Source: Myxococcota bacterium (GTDB lineage Bacteria; Myxococcota_A; UBA796; SXON01). Taken from it: DNA of 64,000 nucleotides. Position 1 is the stretch's first letter. Each line of letters begins with the position of its first letter. The stretch spans positions 144,011 through 208,010 of the forward strand of contig JAZKFH010000008.1 of assembly GCA_040386535.1 (NCBI GenBank), written 5' to 3'. The notes beneath the pieces are model-generated. The model saw only the letters and a list, made by a program, of their open reading frames with translations. It was not told the origin of the DNA and did not search any database. Shown one piece after another: positions 17,733 to 27,441 of the stretch. The position numbers were made by a program, and so were the translations under genes.

Positions 17733-18928
17733 CAGACCCTCCCTTCCGCGCCAACGGTGGCGCCTACGTTCACGAGCTCGGTCCCCGGCGTCCACCGCCA
17801 GCCGGCGGCCACGATCTCCGAGGGGGAACCATCCTTGTTGAGTTGGTTGCGGTATGCGTTGGACGCGGCGTCCGCGGGCACCTGCTCCTTGGGAACGAAG
17901 CGGGTCCCGACGGCGCGCAGGTCGGCCTCCCCGTTCTTGAGCACGTCACGGACGAAGGCGCGGTGGCTCTTGTAGGCGACCGGCTCCGGAAGCGTCGCGG
18001 GCAGGAACTCCGCGGGATCGCGGTGCTCGACGTTCTTGAACAGCTCCATCACGAAGTGCAGCTGGCCGAGCTCGTAGGAGACCATGCGCTCCCAGAGCGC
18101 GCGGATGCGCGGGTTGGACTCCTGCCGCGCGCAGGACCAGTAGTTGTAGACCTCGTTGGCCTCGTGGAGGACCCACTTCTCGAGCCAGGTCTCGGTGGGG
18201 TCCATGAGGGACTCGTACTGGGTGACGTGCTGCTCCTCGATGTGGAGGATCTCGGCGTAGAGCTGGCGCGCGAGCGGGTCGGCGAACATCGGCCCGATGG
18301 TGGCGTAGTAGTCGTGGACCTGGTGTTCGGCCGCCACGATCGTGAGCGCGTTCAGCCGCGTGATCGGCGCGGCGGTGCGCCGATCGTAGGGGTTGCGCAG
18401 GTCGTCTTCGGGGGCGCGGTGCTCCACGCTGGTCGGCCGGCCCGGGCGGATGTCGGTGTAGCTCTGGATGATGTTGTTCGCGTCCTTCCCCTCGACGCGG
18501 TCCATCAGCGCGCTGAACCGGTAGAGGTGGTCGAAGTCCTCCAGCATCCCGAACCGGTACACCTGCGCGAGATACGGGTCGGGCTCGACCTGCGCCACGT
18601 GGGCGGTGACCTCGATGGCGACCTGCTCGAAGCCGAGCGTCGTCTCGAGCGGCGAGTGGTCCGCGCCGAGCAGCCAGTTCACCATCGTCTGCTGGTGCTG
18701 CTCGATGCGGCGCACCCGCGCGAGTGGCAGCTGAAGCGAGCGGTTCATCCGGGCAGCGGAGTGGCTGAAGCGGATCGACTCGCACTCGATGCCGTTCATG
18801 AGGATGATGCGGACACGCGTGAACGCGTCGTCGTCCAACTTGCTGATGGGCATGCCGGCCATCTCTCGCCAGGTGAACACCTGGCGATCGAGCGGGACGC
18901 CCTGCTCCTTGAACAGGTCCAGACTCAT
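17732..18928 (-). CDS. Conserved protein with duplicated ferritin-like four-helix bundles
   Basis: Repeated E..ExxH/Q motifs (IEQHQQ, EDFDH, EEQHVTQY, ELGQLH). Confidence 0.75.
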   Translation of the reverse strand: MSLDLFKEQGVPLDRQVFTWREMAGMPISKLDDDAFTRVRIILMNGIECESIRFSHSAARMNRSLQLPLARVRRIEQHQQTMVNWLLGADHSPLETTLGFEQVAIEVTAHVAQVEPDPYLAQVYRFGMLEDFDHLYRFSALMDRVEGKDANNIIQSYTDIRPGRPTSVEHRAPEDDLRNPYDRRTAAPITRLNALTIVAAEHQVHDYYATIGPMFADPLARQLYAEILHIEEQHVTQYESLMDPTETWLEKWVLHEANEVYNYWSCARQESNPRIRALWERMVSYELGQLHFVMELFKNVEHRDPAEFLPATLPEPVAYKSHRAFVRDVLKNGEADLRAVGTRFVPKEQVPADAASNAYRNQLNKDGSPSEIVAAGWRWTPGTELVNVGATVGAEGRV

Positions 18929-19013
18929 GGGGGAAACTCCTTTGCCGATGGGCCCGCAGGAGGTAGTCGCGGAGACCCAGGGTACAAGTGGAGTTTTGAG
19001 GCTATTTATTCCT

Positions 19014-20939
19014 TCACGGGGTCGTCGGGAGGGCGGCGGGCCGCAGTGGCGCCGGCGCGCCGATGCTCAAGGCGTTCGCCAACGCATCGCGCACATGCTC
19101 GGCGGTGAAGGGCTTCACGAGCACCGGCACGCCGCGGCTCGCCACGTACCCGGCGGTGCGCGGGGTGAAGGCGCCCCCGGTGGCGAAGACCGTGCGGGCC
19201 GCCAGGGCGGGGGCGTGCTCCAGGAGGAAGCGGTGCACGGCGATGCCGTCCACGTTGGGCATCATCAGGTCGCAGAGGAGGGCATCGAACTTCAGATCGG
19301 TCCCCAGCAGCGCCAGGGCCTCCGGGCCGCCGCCGACGGCGACGACGTCGTGCTCGATGGAGAGGATCTCGGCGAGGATGGCGAGGAGGAACGGCTCGTC
19401 GTCGACCACGAGGATGCGCGCGCGCGCGGTTGGCGCGGGCATGCCGGCGCCGCCGGGACCGAGCCCGTTCTTGAGCGGGAGCGTGAGCGTGAAGCGGGTC
19501 CCCTGGTTGGGCTCGCTCTGCACGTCGATGCGGCCGCGGTGTTGGCGCACCACGTCGAACACCACGGCGAGGCCGAGCCCGCTGCCCTCGTCGCGGCTCC
19601 GGGTGGTGTAGAACGGCTCGAAGATCCGGTCGAGGGTGGCCTGGGGCATGCCGACCCCTGTGTCGGCGACCATGATCTCGATCTCCCCGCCGTTGCTCCG
19701 CGTCGACAGGGTGATCTGGTGGTCGGTGGAGGCCCCCTTGATCGCCTGGGCGGCGTTGACGAGCAGGTTGGAGAGCACCTGGACGAGGCGCTCGGGGTGG
19801 GCCACCAGCGGCGGGAGCGGCTGCAGGTCGATCCGGAGGTCGGCGCGCAGGCGCAGATTCCCCTCGAGCTGGTCGACGACGCGGCGCACGAGGACGTTCA
19901 CGTCGATCCGCTCGATGTCGCCACGGAGCAGGCCCGACAACACGCTCAGCTTGCGCGCCACCTTGGCGAGCCGCGCGGTGCCGTCCTCGCAGTAGCGGAG
20001 GCTGGCCTCCAGGCGCTCGAGGTGCTTCCGCACCAGCACGGGGTTCTCGGCCCCCATGGCGTTGGTGATCGCCGTGACGTGGCGGCGCGCGAGGTCGACT
20101 CCACCGACCGCGATGGCGGCGGGGTTGTTCACCTCGTGCGCGATCCCGCCCGCGATCTGCCCGAGAATCCGGAGGCGCTCCGCATGCACCTCCTGCTCCT
20201 GGACCTGGGCCCGCTCGGCGTCGCTCTCGCGTTGCGGGGTCAGGTCGACGAACACGCAGAAGTAGAGGTCGTCCGCGATGCGGGAGCCCCCCACGCGGAC
20301 GTGCAGGGTGCGACCGGTGGCGTCGCGCATGCGTCGCTCCTGCTCGCCCCCGGTGATCTCGCCTTCGTCGAGCCGCTGGAGCGTGGTCGCGGACGCGGCG
20401 CGCTCGTCGGGGTGGATGAACTCGATGTAGGCGCGCCCCACGAGCCGCTCGGCCGATACGGCCAGGATCCGCGCCAGGGCGGCGTTGACCCAGCGGAAGC
20501 GGAAGGACGCGTCGAGCATGGCCATGCCGACCGGCGCGGAGGCGAACGCGTGCTCGAAGGGGGGCACCGGGGCGTCGGCGGCCCGCAGGTCCTGCGCGTA
20601 GCCGATGACGTACGACGCGCGTCCGGCGCTGTCCCGCACGACGGTGCAGGTGCACTCGATGTCAACGAGGGCGCCGTCCTGGCGGCGCAGCGTGCGCCGG
20701 CCGGTCTGCGTGCCGGTCGCGAGGAGGTCCCGGAAGTGCGCGGCCGTCCCGACCGGGTCGCCTACGATCACGTCGGAGAGCGGGCGCCCGAGCAGCCAGC
20801 CCTCTTCGCAGCCTAGCATCGCGCACCAGGCCACGTTCGCGTGGAGGAAGGCGCCGTCCACAGAGGTGATCGCGGCGCCGAAGGGGGCGCTCCGCAGCGC
20901 GTCCGCCAGCTCGGTCAGTTCAGGGTCGAGGAGACTCAT
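19014..20939 (-). CDS. Hybrid sensor kinase PAS-PAS-HisKA-HATPase-REC
   Basis: AHEVNNP H-box, NLLVNA, DTGVG, FEPFYTT, GSGLGL, VDDE..CDLMMP..KPF. Confidence 0.92.
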   Translation of the reverse strand: MSLLDPELTELADALRSAPFGAAITSVDGAFLHANVAWCAMLGCEEGWLLGRPLSDVIVGDPVGTAAHFRDLLATGTQTGRRTLRRQDGALVDIECTCTVVRDSAGRASYVIGYAQDLRAADAPVPPFEHAFASAPVGMAMLDASFRFRWVNAALARILAVSAERLVGRAYIEFIHPDERAASATTLQRLDEGEITGGEQERRMRDATGRTLHVRVGGSRIADDLYFCVFVDLTPQRESDAERAQVQEQEVHAERLRILGQIAGGIAHEVNNPAAIAVGGVDLARRHVTAITNAMGAENPVLVRKHLERLEASLRYCEDGTARLAKVARKLSVLSGLLRGDIERIDVNVLVRRVVDQLEGNLRLRADLRIDLQPLPPLVAHPERLVQVLSNLLVNAAQAIKGASTDHQITLSTRSNGGEIEIMVADTGVGMPQATLDRIFEPFYTTRSRDEGSGLGLAVVFDVVRQHRGRIDVQSEPNQGTRFTLTLPLKNGLGPGGAGMPAPTARARILVVDDEPFLLAILAEILSIEHDVVAVGGGPEALALLGTDLKFDALLCDLMMPNVDGIAVHRFLLEHAPALAARTVFATGGAFTPRTAGYVASRGVPVLVKPFTAEHVRDALANALSIGAPAPLRPAALPTTP

Positions 20940-21068
20940 CCGACGTTGAAGGTACCAGAGTCGCCGGGGCACAGAGTCGTGCCTCCCGCTGGGCGGAGGC
21001 ACGATTCGTGGCGGGGGGGGCCGGACGAACGCGCTGGCCGCACGCTCCCCCCACTTCTTTCACGGGAC

Positions 21069-21530
21069 TTACACCAGGGCTGCCTTGACCGCCGCGTAGT
21101 CGGGCTCGACGCCCGGGTTGGGCGCGACCCACTCGTAGGTGACCTGGCCCTTCTCGTCGACGATGAACACGGAGCGCTTGGCGGCGGTGTAGCCGGGCAT
21201 GCTCGCGAAGTTCTCGTGGGCCACGCCGTACGCGTTCACGGTCGCGCGGGTGTAGTCGGAGAGGATGGGGAAGTTCAGGTTGTTCTTCGTCGCGAAGGCG
21301 GCGTTGGAGAACGGCGCGTCCACGCAGATGCCGAGCACCTTGGCGTTCAGACCGTTGAGCTCGGCGAGCGAGTCCCGGAAGGTGCAGAGCTCCTTCTCGC
21401 ACACGCCGGTGAAGGCCGCGGGGAAGAACGCGAGCACGACCTTGGAGCCGCGCAGGCCCTCGAGGGTCACGGCCTGGCGGGCGTTGTCGAGGAGGGAGAA
21501 TTCAGGGGCGGCAGCGCCGACGAGGCTCAT
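21069..21530 (-). CDS. Peroxiredoxin (AhpE/Bcp-like)
   Basis: FFPAAFTGVCEKE (PxxxTxxC), KRSVFIVD. Confidence 0.9.
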   Translation of the reverse strand: MSLVGAAAPEFSLLDNARQAVTLEGLRGSKVVLAFFPAAFTGVCEKELCTFRDSLAELNGLNAKVLGICVDAPFSNAAFATKNNLNFPILSDYTRATVNAYGVAHENFASMPGYTAAKRSVFIVDEKGQVTYEWVAPNPGVEPDYAAVKAALV

Positions 21531-21614
21531 GGGAAGCTCCGGGTAGAGGGGGCGTGAAGGACGCCCCGAGGTATCCCGGCGTGGCTCTGCGCGACTGCTC
21601 CCGACTCCGCTCGT

Positions 21615-22880
21615 TCACATCTCGTCGGGCGGCGGACACGTGTCGTTGAGCATGCCCGGCGTGCCGACCTCGGACACCCCCTCGAGCAGCGTCACCTGGT
21701 CACACCAGTGGGTCGGGTCGTCGTTGCCGCCCCCGGTGAGGAAGCTCGGGTCGAGCCCAAGGGCCACGCCGACCGTGTACCAGTTCGAGTCGTAGTGCAA
21801 CCAGTCGATCTCGACGCCGTCCGGCCGCGCCAGCACCAGCTCGTCCTCGCCGTTCGCCAGCGCGAGCCCGGCCCCGGTCGAGTCGCGGAAGAACCAGCCG
21901 TCACACGGCACGCCGCCGTTCGTGGCCGCGTCGAGGTTGGCGCAGAGGACCACGTAGTCGTGCGGGCCGACCAGCAGCGGCCCTTCGAGGATCCAGGCGT
22001 CGACGTCGTCGTCACGGAAGGTGTAGCTGCCCACGTCGATCGAGGAGCCGGACGTGTTGTAGAGCTCCACCCACTCGCCGACCTCGTCCTCGACGGACTC
22101 GGGGTTGACCATCATCTCGGAGAACACGAGATCGCCGGGCTCGGCGATCACGTCCTCCTCCTCGATATGCACGATGATGCTGTCGCTGCCGATCTCGCCG
22201 TCCGCGTCCTCGGCGGCGAGCGTGATCGTGTGGGCGCCCACCGAGAGCGCGTCCGCGAAGAGGGCGGACTCGCCCTCGGACGACACGGCGCCGAGGAGCG
22301 GGCCGTCCAGGCTGGAGGACCAGCTGAACACGAGGTCGTCGGGCAACGTGGCGATGTCGCTGCCCACGCCGCGGAAGGCCACCGGCGCCCCGAGGAGGTA
22401 CACGGCGCCGTCCGACGGCAGGATGATCTCGACCGTGGGCGCGCCGAGCGGGCCGCCGATCAGGACGGTGACCTGCGCGAAGGTGGTCGCGTCGTCGGTG
22501 TCGGTGGCCGAGAGCTCCAGCACCAGGGGCCCGACGGGGAGCAGGTCGATGTCGACCTCGACCGACACAGCCCCTTCCGCGTCCTGGGTCACCGCGGTCG
22601 GCTCCGCGTCGCCCACGGCGAGGTGCACGTCGAGCTCCTCGGGCTCGTCGTACGAGTCGCTCACGAGCCCCGTGAGGACCAGCAGGCCGGCGCCCTGGCG
22701 GAACACCTCGTCCTCCACGGGCGCGGAGATCTCGACCGAGGGGGCCTCGTTGACGCGCTTGAAGCCGGAGTCGTTGACGCACCCCGCGAGGAGGAGGAGG
22801 GCGGCGGCGCCCGCGCCGGACAGGGCGGGGACACCCGCGGCGGACAGGGCGGGGACGCGGTTCTCGGCACGACGGACCAT
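21615..22880 (-). CDS. Lipoprotein with Ig-like repeats and C-terminal lamin-tail domain
   Basis: LLAGC lipobox; FSWSSSLDG/GAHTITL Ig-like; LVFSEMMVNP..GEWVELYN..LANGED..GTPG lamin-tail domain. Start uncertain. Confidence 0.8.
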   Translation of the reverse strand: MVRRAENRVPALSAAGVPALSGAGAAALLLLAGCVNDSGFKRVNEAPSVEISAPVEDEVFRQGAGLLVLTGLVSDSYDEPEELDVHLAVGDAEPTAVTQDAEGAVSVEVDIDLLPVGPLVLELSATDTDDATTFAQVTVLIGGPLGAPTVEIILPSDGAVYLLGAPVAFRGVGSDIATLPDDLVFSWSSSLDGPLLGAVSSEGESALFADALSVGAHTITLAAEDADGEIGSDSIIVHIEEEDVIAEPGDLVFSEMMVNPESVEDEVGEWVELYNTSGSSIDVGSYTFRDDDVDAWILEGPLLVGPHDYVVLCANLDAATNGGVPCDGWFFRDSTGAGLALANGEDELVLARPDGVEIDWLHYDSNWYTVGVALGLDPSFLTGGGNDDPTHWCDQVTLLEGVSEVGTPGMLNDTCPPPDEM

Positions 22881-23001
22881 GAGGCTCCTCCCTTCGGGAG
22901 CGCTGTTTAGCCCAATCTCGGCCCATCCGCTGTGCCGTTTCCATGGCGGCCGGGGATCGGGGGCTGCGCCCGGCTCACACGTTCGGCGGATAGAGGTCCG
23001 C

Positions 23002-23466
23002 ATGCGCAACCGCTCGTTCCTCCTCCTCGTCGTCTCCCTCGGCGCGTGTGCCGGTGCTCCGCCGGTGCCGACACCGGTCGCTTCGGGGCAGCACGTCGCT
23101 CCCTGCCCGGACTCGCCGAACTGCGTCTCCACCGCCGAGCCGGCGGCCGACGCCGAGCACCACGCCGAGCCGTTCGTCTACGCGGGCACGGTCGCCGACG
23201 CGAAGGCACGCATGAAGGCGCACGTCGCGACCCTGCCCCGCACGGCGCTGGTCGGCGAGTCCGACACCTCCCTGTCCTTCACCTACACGTCCAAGACCAT
23301 GGGTTTCGTGGACGACGTGGAGATCGTCTTCGTACCGGACGGCGAGGCCGGCGGTCGTGTCGAGTACCGCTCCGCCTCGCGGGTGGGCCACGGCGACATG
23401 GGCGTGAACCGCGCGCGTATGGAGGCCCTCGCCGCGGGCTGGGCAGGGGCCGGCACGACACGCTAG
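23002..23466 (+). CDS. DUF1499-family lipoprotein
   Basis: LGAC; CPDSPNCVST; GFVDDVE; RSASRVGHGDMGVNRARM. Confidence 0.9.
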   Translation: MRNRSFLLLVVSLGACAGAPPVPTPVASGQHVAPCPDSPNCVSTAEPAADAEHHAEPFVYAGTVADAKARMKAHVATLPRTALVGESDTSLSFTYTSKTMGFVDDVEIVFVPDGEAGGRVEYRSASRVGHGDMGVNRARMEALAAGWAGAGTTR

Positions 23467-23475
23467 GAGCCGCCC

Positions 23476-24240
23476 ATGGGCTCGTTCCTCGCCTACGTCC
23501 GCGCCGGCTACGACCGGCGTAGCGCCTACGCGCTCCTCGCGCTGGGCGTGACCTACGCCGTCGTCGGCGTGGTGTTCAACCACCTGATCGATCTGTCGCG
23601 CGGCATGGACTGGCTGCTCGGCGGCATCTGGGCGTTCATGACGCTCACGCTCCTCTGGGGCTTCGACGTGAAGCGGGACGTGCAGCTCGCCGCCGTGGCC
23701 TTCGCGGGCGGGCTGGTCATCGAGTGGTGGGGCACCACCACCTCGATCTGGACCTACTACACCGACGAGCGGCCTCCCATCTGGATCCTCCCCGCGTGGC
23801 CGGTCGCGGCGCTCACCATCGAGCGGCTCGCGATGGTGACCGCGCGTGCGTTGCCCGACCGCCTCCCCGCCACCCCGGTGTGGTGGGGGGTGTTCCCCGG
23901 GTTCGTGGCCTGGATGACGTGGTTCTCGTGGCCGTCGATCGGCACGCCCTCCACCTGGGTGATCGTGGCGCTCATGCTCGGCGTCGTCGCCACGTCCACC
24001 GACCGGCGGCGTGACATCGCCATCCTCCTCGCCGGCGCGCTCCTCGGCATCTTCCTCGAGTATTGGGGCACGAGCCGGTGGTGCTGGCGCTACTACACGC
24101 GCGAGGAGCCGCCGCTCGTGGCCGCGGTCGCGCACGGGTTCGCGTCGGTGGCCTTCGCGCGGGGCGTGTGGGCCGGCCAGGGCGGGTGGGCGTGGCTCGC
24201 CGCGCGCCGCGCCGGGGGGGCCTCCGCGTCGCCCGGGTGA
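23476..24240 (+). CDS. Integral membrane protein with internal duplication
   Basis: Hydrophobic; IEWWGTTTSIWTYYTDERPP is repeated as LEYWGTSRWCWRYYTREEPP. Confidence 0.75.
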   Translation: MGSFLAYVRAGYDRRSAYALLALGVTYAVVGVVFNHLIDLSRGMDWLLGGIWAFMTLTLLWGFDVKRDVQLAAVAFAGGLVIEWWGTTTSIWTYYTDERPPIWILPAWPVAALTIERLAMVTARALPDRLPATPVWWGVFPGFVAWMTWFSWPSIGTPSTWVIVALMLGVVATSTDRRRDIAILLAGALLGIFLEYWGTSRWCWRYYTREEPPLVAAVAHGFASVAFARGVWAGQGGWAWLAARRAGGASASPG

Positions 24241-24298
24241 CGGGGGCCAACCGCCCGGAATCGCGGCGGACGCGGCGAGGCGGGGTTAGAGTTGCGCG

Positions 24299-25411
24299 AT
24301 GTCGTCCCAGCCGCTCAGCCTCCTCGCGCTCGCCGCCCTCGCCCTGGTCTCGGCCTGCAAGCAGGACTACGAGGTCATCCCCAAGCCGGTCGACGTCGAC
24401 CCGGGCGACATCACCGAGTGCGCCTTCACCCGCGTGGAGGACACCGCTTTTTACCGCTACGACTGCAACCCGGTGTTCTCCACCACGGGTGAGGATTGGG
24501 CGGACACCATTCGTGGCACCACGTTCCTCGTCACCGAGGTGCTCGACCACCCGTTCTACCAGCTCTGGTACACGGGCATGGAGGAGTCGGCGGAGGACGA
24601 GTTCAGCCTCGGCTACGCGGTGAGCCCCGAGGGCACGAATTGGACGCCCCACCCCGACAATCCGCTCCTGCACGAGCCGGAGGACCGCGACGCGTGGGAC
24701 GCGGACGCGATGGACGGCATGCAGGTGGTGTGGGATCCCAACTCCGAGAAGTACGTGATGCTCTACCAGGGGTACAACCTCGGCGGGGACACCGACTGGG
24801 GCCTCGGCGCCGCCATCTCGGCGGACGGGCGCTCGTGGAAGCGCATCGAGTCCAACCCCGTGGTCAACCTCTCCGAGCCCGTGCGCGGAGTGAGCTACTG
24901 TTGGCCGCTGGGCCTCACCCTCGGCGACGTGGCGGGGTTCACCGGCTACGTCGCGGGCGCCACGAACACCGGGCACTGCGAGGTGTACCGGATCAACGCC
25001 GCCAACGTGAACAACTGGACGCCCGACACCGACATCGTGTTCCCCGCCGGCGAGCGGGGCGCGTGGGACGACGAGGGGTACATCTCCATCGCCATCGCCG
25101 AGCAGGGTGGGGACCGCCACATGTTCTACGTCGGGTTCGACGATTGGGAGGACCATGGCACCTACCGCTCGGCCATGCACCCCTTCCTCGGCATGGCCAC
25201 GATGGAGGACGGCAAGTGGGTGCGGCAACGTGACATCGTCCCCGTCAACAACACCCCCGGCGGCGATGTCAGCGCCGTGGCCGCGCGCACCGTCGGGTCG
25301 CGTATCCACCTGTGGATCACCGATGACTACGACGGGGTGAGCGCCGTCGGCTACTTCCTCTACGATCCCGAAGCCGCGGCGGCGGAAGACGGCGGCGAGG
25401 CCGCCGAGTGA
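24299..25411 (+). CDS. Lipoprotein with five-bladed beta-propeller glycoside-hydrolase-like fold
   Basis: VSAC lipobox; blades LWYTG..LGYAVSPEGTNWT..NPLL, MLYQG..GAAISADGRSWKR..NPVV, WDD..MFYVG. Confidence 0.75.
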   Translation: MSSQPLSLLALAALALVSACKQDYEVIPKPVDVDPGDITECAFTRVEDTAFYRYDCNPVFSTTGEDWADTIRGTTFLVTEVLDHPFYQLWYTGMEESAEDEFSLGYAVSPEGTNWTPHPDNPLLHEPEDRDAWDADAMDGMQVVWDPNSEKYVMLYQGYNLGGDTDWGLGAAISADGRSWKRIESNPVVNLSEPVRGVSYCWPLGLTLGDVAGFTGYVAGATNTGHCEVYRINAANVNNWTPDTDIVFPAGERGAWDDEGYISIAIAEQGGDRHMFYVGFDDWEDHGTYRSAMHPFLGMATMEDGKWVRQRDIVPVNNTPGGDVSAVAARTVGSRIHLWITDDYDGVSAVGYFLYDPEAAAAEDGGEAAE

Positions 25412-26619
25412 TCCTGGCGCTCCTGCTCGCGTGTGACTCGTTCGGCCTCGCCCCACCGGGGGCGACCGTGGCGGAGGCCGTCGACCTCCGGATCGAGTCG
25501 CTCGACCCGGTGTGGGGCCCGCCCGACGGCGGGACGGATGTAACGATCACGGGTCCGGGCATCGGCACGGTGACATCGGTCGAGTTCGGGAACAGCCGCA
25601 TCGTGGACTTCACCCGGCTCGACGCGACCACCATCGTGGTCACCTCGCCGGGGCCGGGGTTCGAGACCGTGGTGGACGTGCGCGTGGTCGGAAGCGCCGG
25701 CTTCGACAAGGTCGAGGGCGGGTTCACCTACTCCGAGGATCCGCCGCCGGACACCGATGTCGACACCGACACGGACTCCGACAGTGACACGGATGCCGAC
25801 ACCGACAGTGATACCGACGCGGACACCGACGCAGACACGGACACGGACACCAGCGGCACCGGCCTGACGGGCGGGCTGATCCAATTCTCGCTCCTCCAGG
25901 TGGCGTGCCCCGAGTGCATCGGGCTGACCTCCTCGCTCGACGTGAGCGCTCAGGCCGCGTTCCACGCACCCACCCGGAGCGGATGGCTCGATTGGTTGCC
26001 ACCCGAGGGGAGCTGTGTCACCGACGCCACGTCCACCCCCCCCGCGTCCAGCTTCCTGGACGCCGGCGAGTGGGTGTACCTCACCTCCGGGAGTCGCTCC
26101 GTCGGCCTGCGCGGCGCGAGCGACGGCGTCTACTCGGCGGACGGCCTCGACGAGTCCGACTTCGTGCGCAACGCCGCCTACGACATCAGCGCGCCCGCGG
26201 GCGGGTCCGACCTCGCCTCGTTCGACGTGCTGGACGCGCTCACGACGCCCCAGTCGATCAGCGAGCTCACGCCGGTGGATTTGCTCTACACCACCTCGCG
26301 TGACGCGTTCGCCGCCCGCCTGTCCCGCGGCGGCACCACGTTCACGTGGGGCCCGTCGGGTGGCAGCGGCACGTTCCTCATCGTGCTCTCCATCTACAAC
26401 GCGGGCGGCACCGCGGTCCTGGGTGAGGTCACCTGCCGCGGCGCCGACAGCGGCAGCATGACCGTCCCCGCGAGCGCGCTCGGCGCCTACCCGAGCGGCA
26501 GCCTGGCCCTCGTCGGCATGTACCGCTACACCATCGGGAGCTTCGTGCTTCCTGACGACGGCAGCTCCGTCGACACCGTCGCGAGCTTTGGTGTGCTCGG
26601 GACCGGGAGAATCCAGTGA
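25408..26619 (+). CDS. Lipoprotein with IPT/TIG domain and Asp-Thr repeat linker
   Basis: LLAC; IESLDPVWGPPDGGTDVTITG (IPT); DTDVDTDTDSDSDTDAD run at ~25750-25850. Confidence 0.8.
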   Translation: MILALLLACDSFGLAPPGATVAEAVDLRIESLDPVWGPPDGGTDVTITGPGIGTVTSVEFGNSRIVDFTRLDATTIVVTSPGPGFETVVDVRVVGSAGFDKVEGGFTYSEDPPPDTDVDTDTDSDSDTDADTDSDTDADTDADTDTDTSGTGLTGGLIQFSLLQVACPECIGLTSSLDVSAQAAFHAPTRSGWLDWLPPEGSCVTDATSTPPASSFLDAGEWVYLTSGSRSVGLRGASDGVYSADGLDESDFVRNAAYDISAPAGGSDLASFDVLDALTTPQSISELTPVDLLYTTSRDAFAARLSRGGTTFTWGPSGGSGTFLIVLSIYNAGGTAVLGEVTCRGADSGSMTVPASALGAYPSGSLALVGMYRYTIGSFVLPDDGSSVDTVASFGVLGTGRIQ

Positions 26620-26906
26620 TCCTCTTCCTGCTCCTCGCCTGCGGCGCCGCCGTCGAGAAGGAGACCTGCGAGCTCCTCTGTGACGAGCTCTACCAGACCT
26701 GCGAGTACGACGCGTACCCGACCTACGAGTCCTGCCTGCAGGGGTGCGCCTACCAACAGTCCGAGGGCGCCGACATGAAGGGCCAGGAGGCCTGTATCGC
26801 CAAGGCCGAATGTGACACGTTCGCCATCCTCGAGTGCGAGCACCAATTCGGGGCCGGGGCGTCGGGCGAGGACGAGGAAGAGGAAGAGGAAGAGGAAGAG
26901 GAGTAG
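26616..26906 (+). CDS. Small Cys-rich lipoprotein with poly-Glu tail
   Basis: MILFLLLAC; 8 further Cys in CxxxC-type spacing; GAGGAA-encoded E run. Confidence 0.75.
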   Translation: MILFLLLACGAAVEKETCELLCDELYQTCEYDAYPTYESCLQGCAYQQSEGADMKGQEACIAKAECDTFAILECEHQFGAGASGEDEEEEEEEEEE

Positions 26907-26967
26907 GGGCGGCCGGACCGCGCCCGAGCGCGCGGCCGCCGCGGAGGCGTGCTGCCACCCGGATCGC

Positions 26968-27363
26968 TCACCCGGCGAGCACCGCCCGCACCGCCGCCAA
27001 CAGCGGCACGTCCGCCGGCGCCCAGCTCACGCCCGCCAGCTCCTCTGCGCCGAGCCAACACAGCGCCTCGTGGTCCAGCGCCGCCGGCTCCCCGGTCACC
27101 AGCGAGCACCGGAGCGCCACGAGCCGCACCACGCCATGCCCGTAGGTGTGTTCGCTCTCGCCGACCACGGCCCCCACGGCCACGGTGACACCCAGCTCCT
27201 CGTCCAGCTCGCGCGCCAACGCCGCGGCGTCGTCCTCGCCCGGCTCGACCTTGCCACCGGGCAGCTCCCACAAACCGCCCTCGCGCTTGTGCGCCGCCCG
27301 TTTCGCCGCGAGCACGCGCCCGTCGCGCACGAGCACCGCCGCCACCACGCGCAAAGCCGCCAT
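26968..27363 (-). CDS. NUDIX hydrolase (MutT/NudG-like)
   Basis: WELPGGKVEPGEDDAAALARELDEELG Nudix box; WAPAD. Confidence 0.9.
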   Translation of the reverse strand: MAALRVVAAVLVRDGRVLAAKRAAHKREGGLWELPGGKVEPGEDDAAALARELDEELGVTVAVGAVVGESEHTYGHGVVRLVALRCSLVTGEPAALDHEALCWLGAEELAGVSWAPADVPLLAAVRAVLAG

Positions 27364-27441
27364 CGCCACCTCGCGGAGGGGCTATCCCCGCGGCTCGCCC
27401 CGTGATGTGGGCTCCGAGGTCCGCGCGCGATAGCCGAGGGC

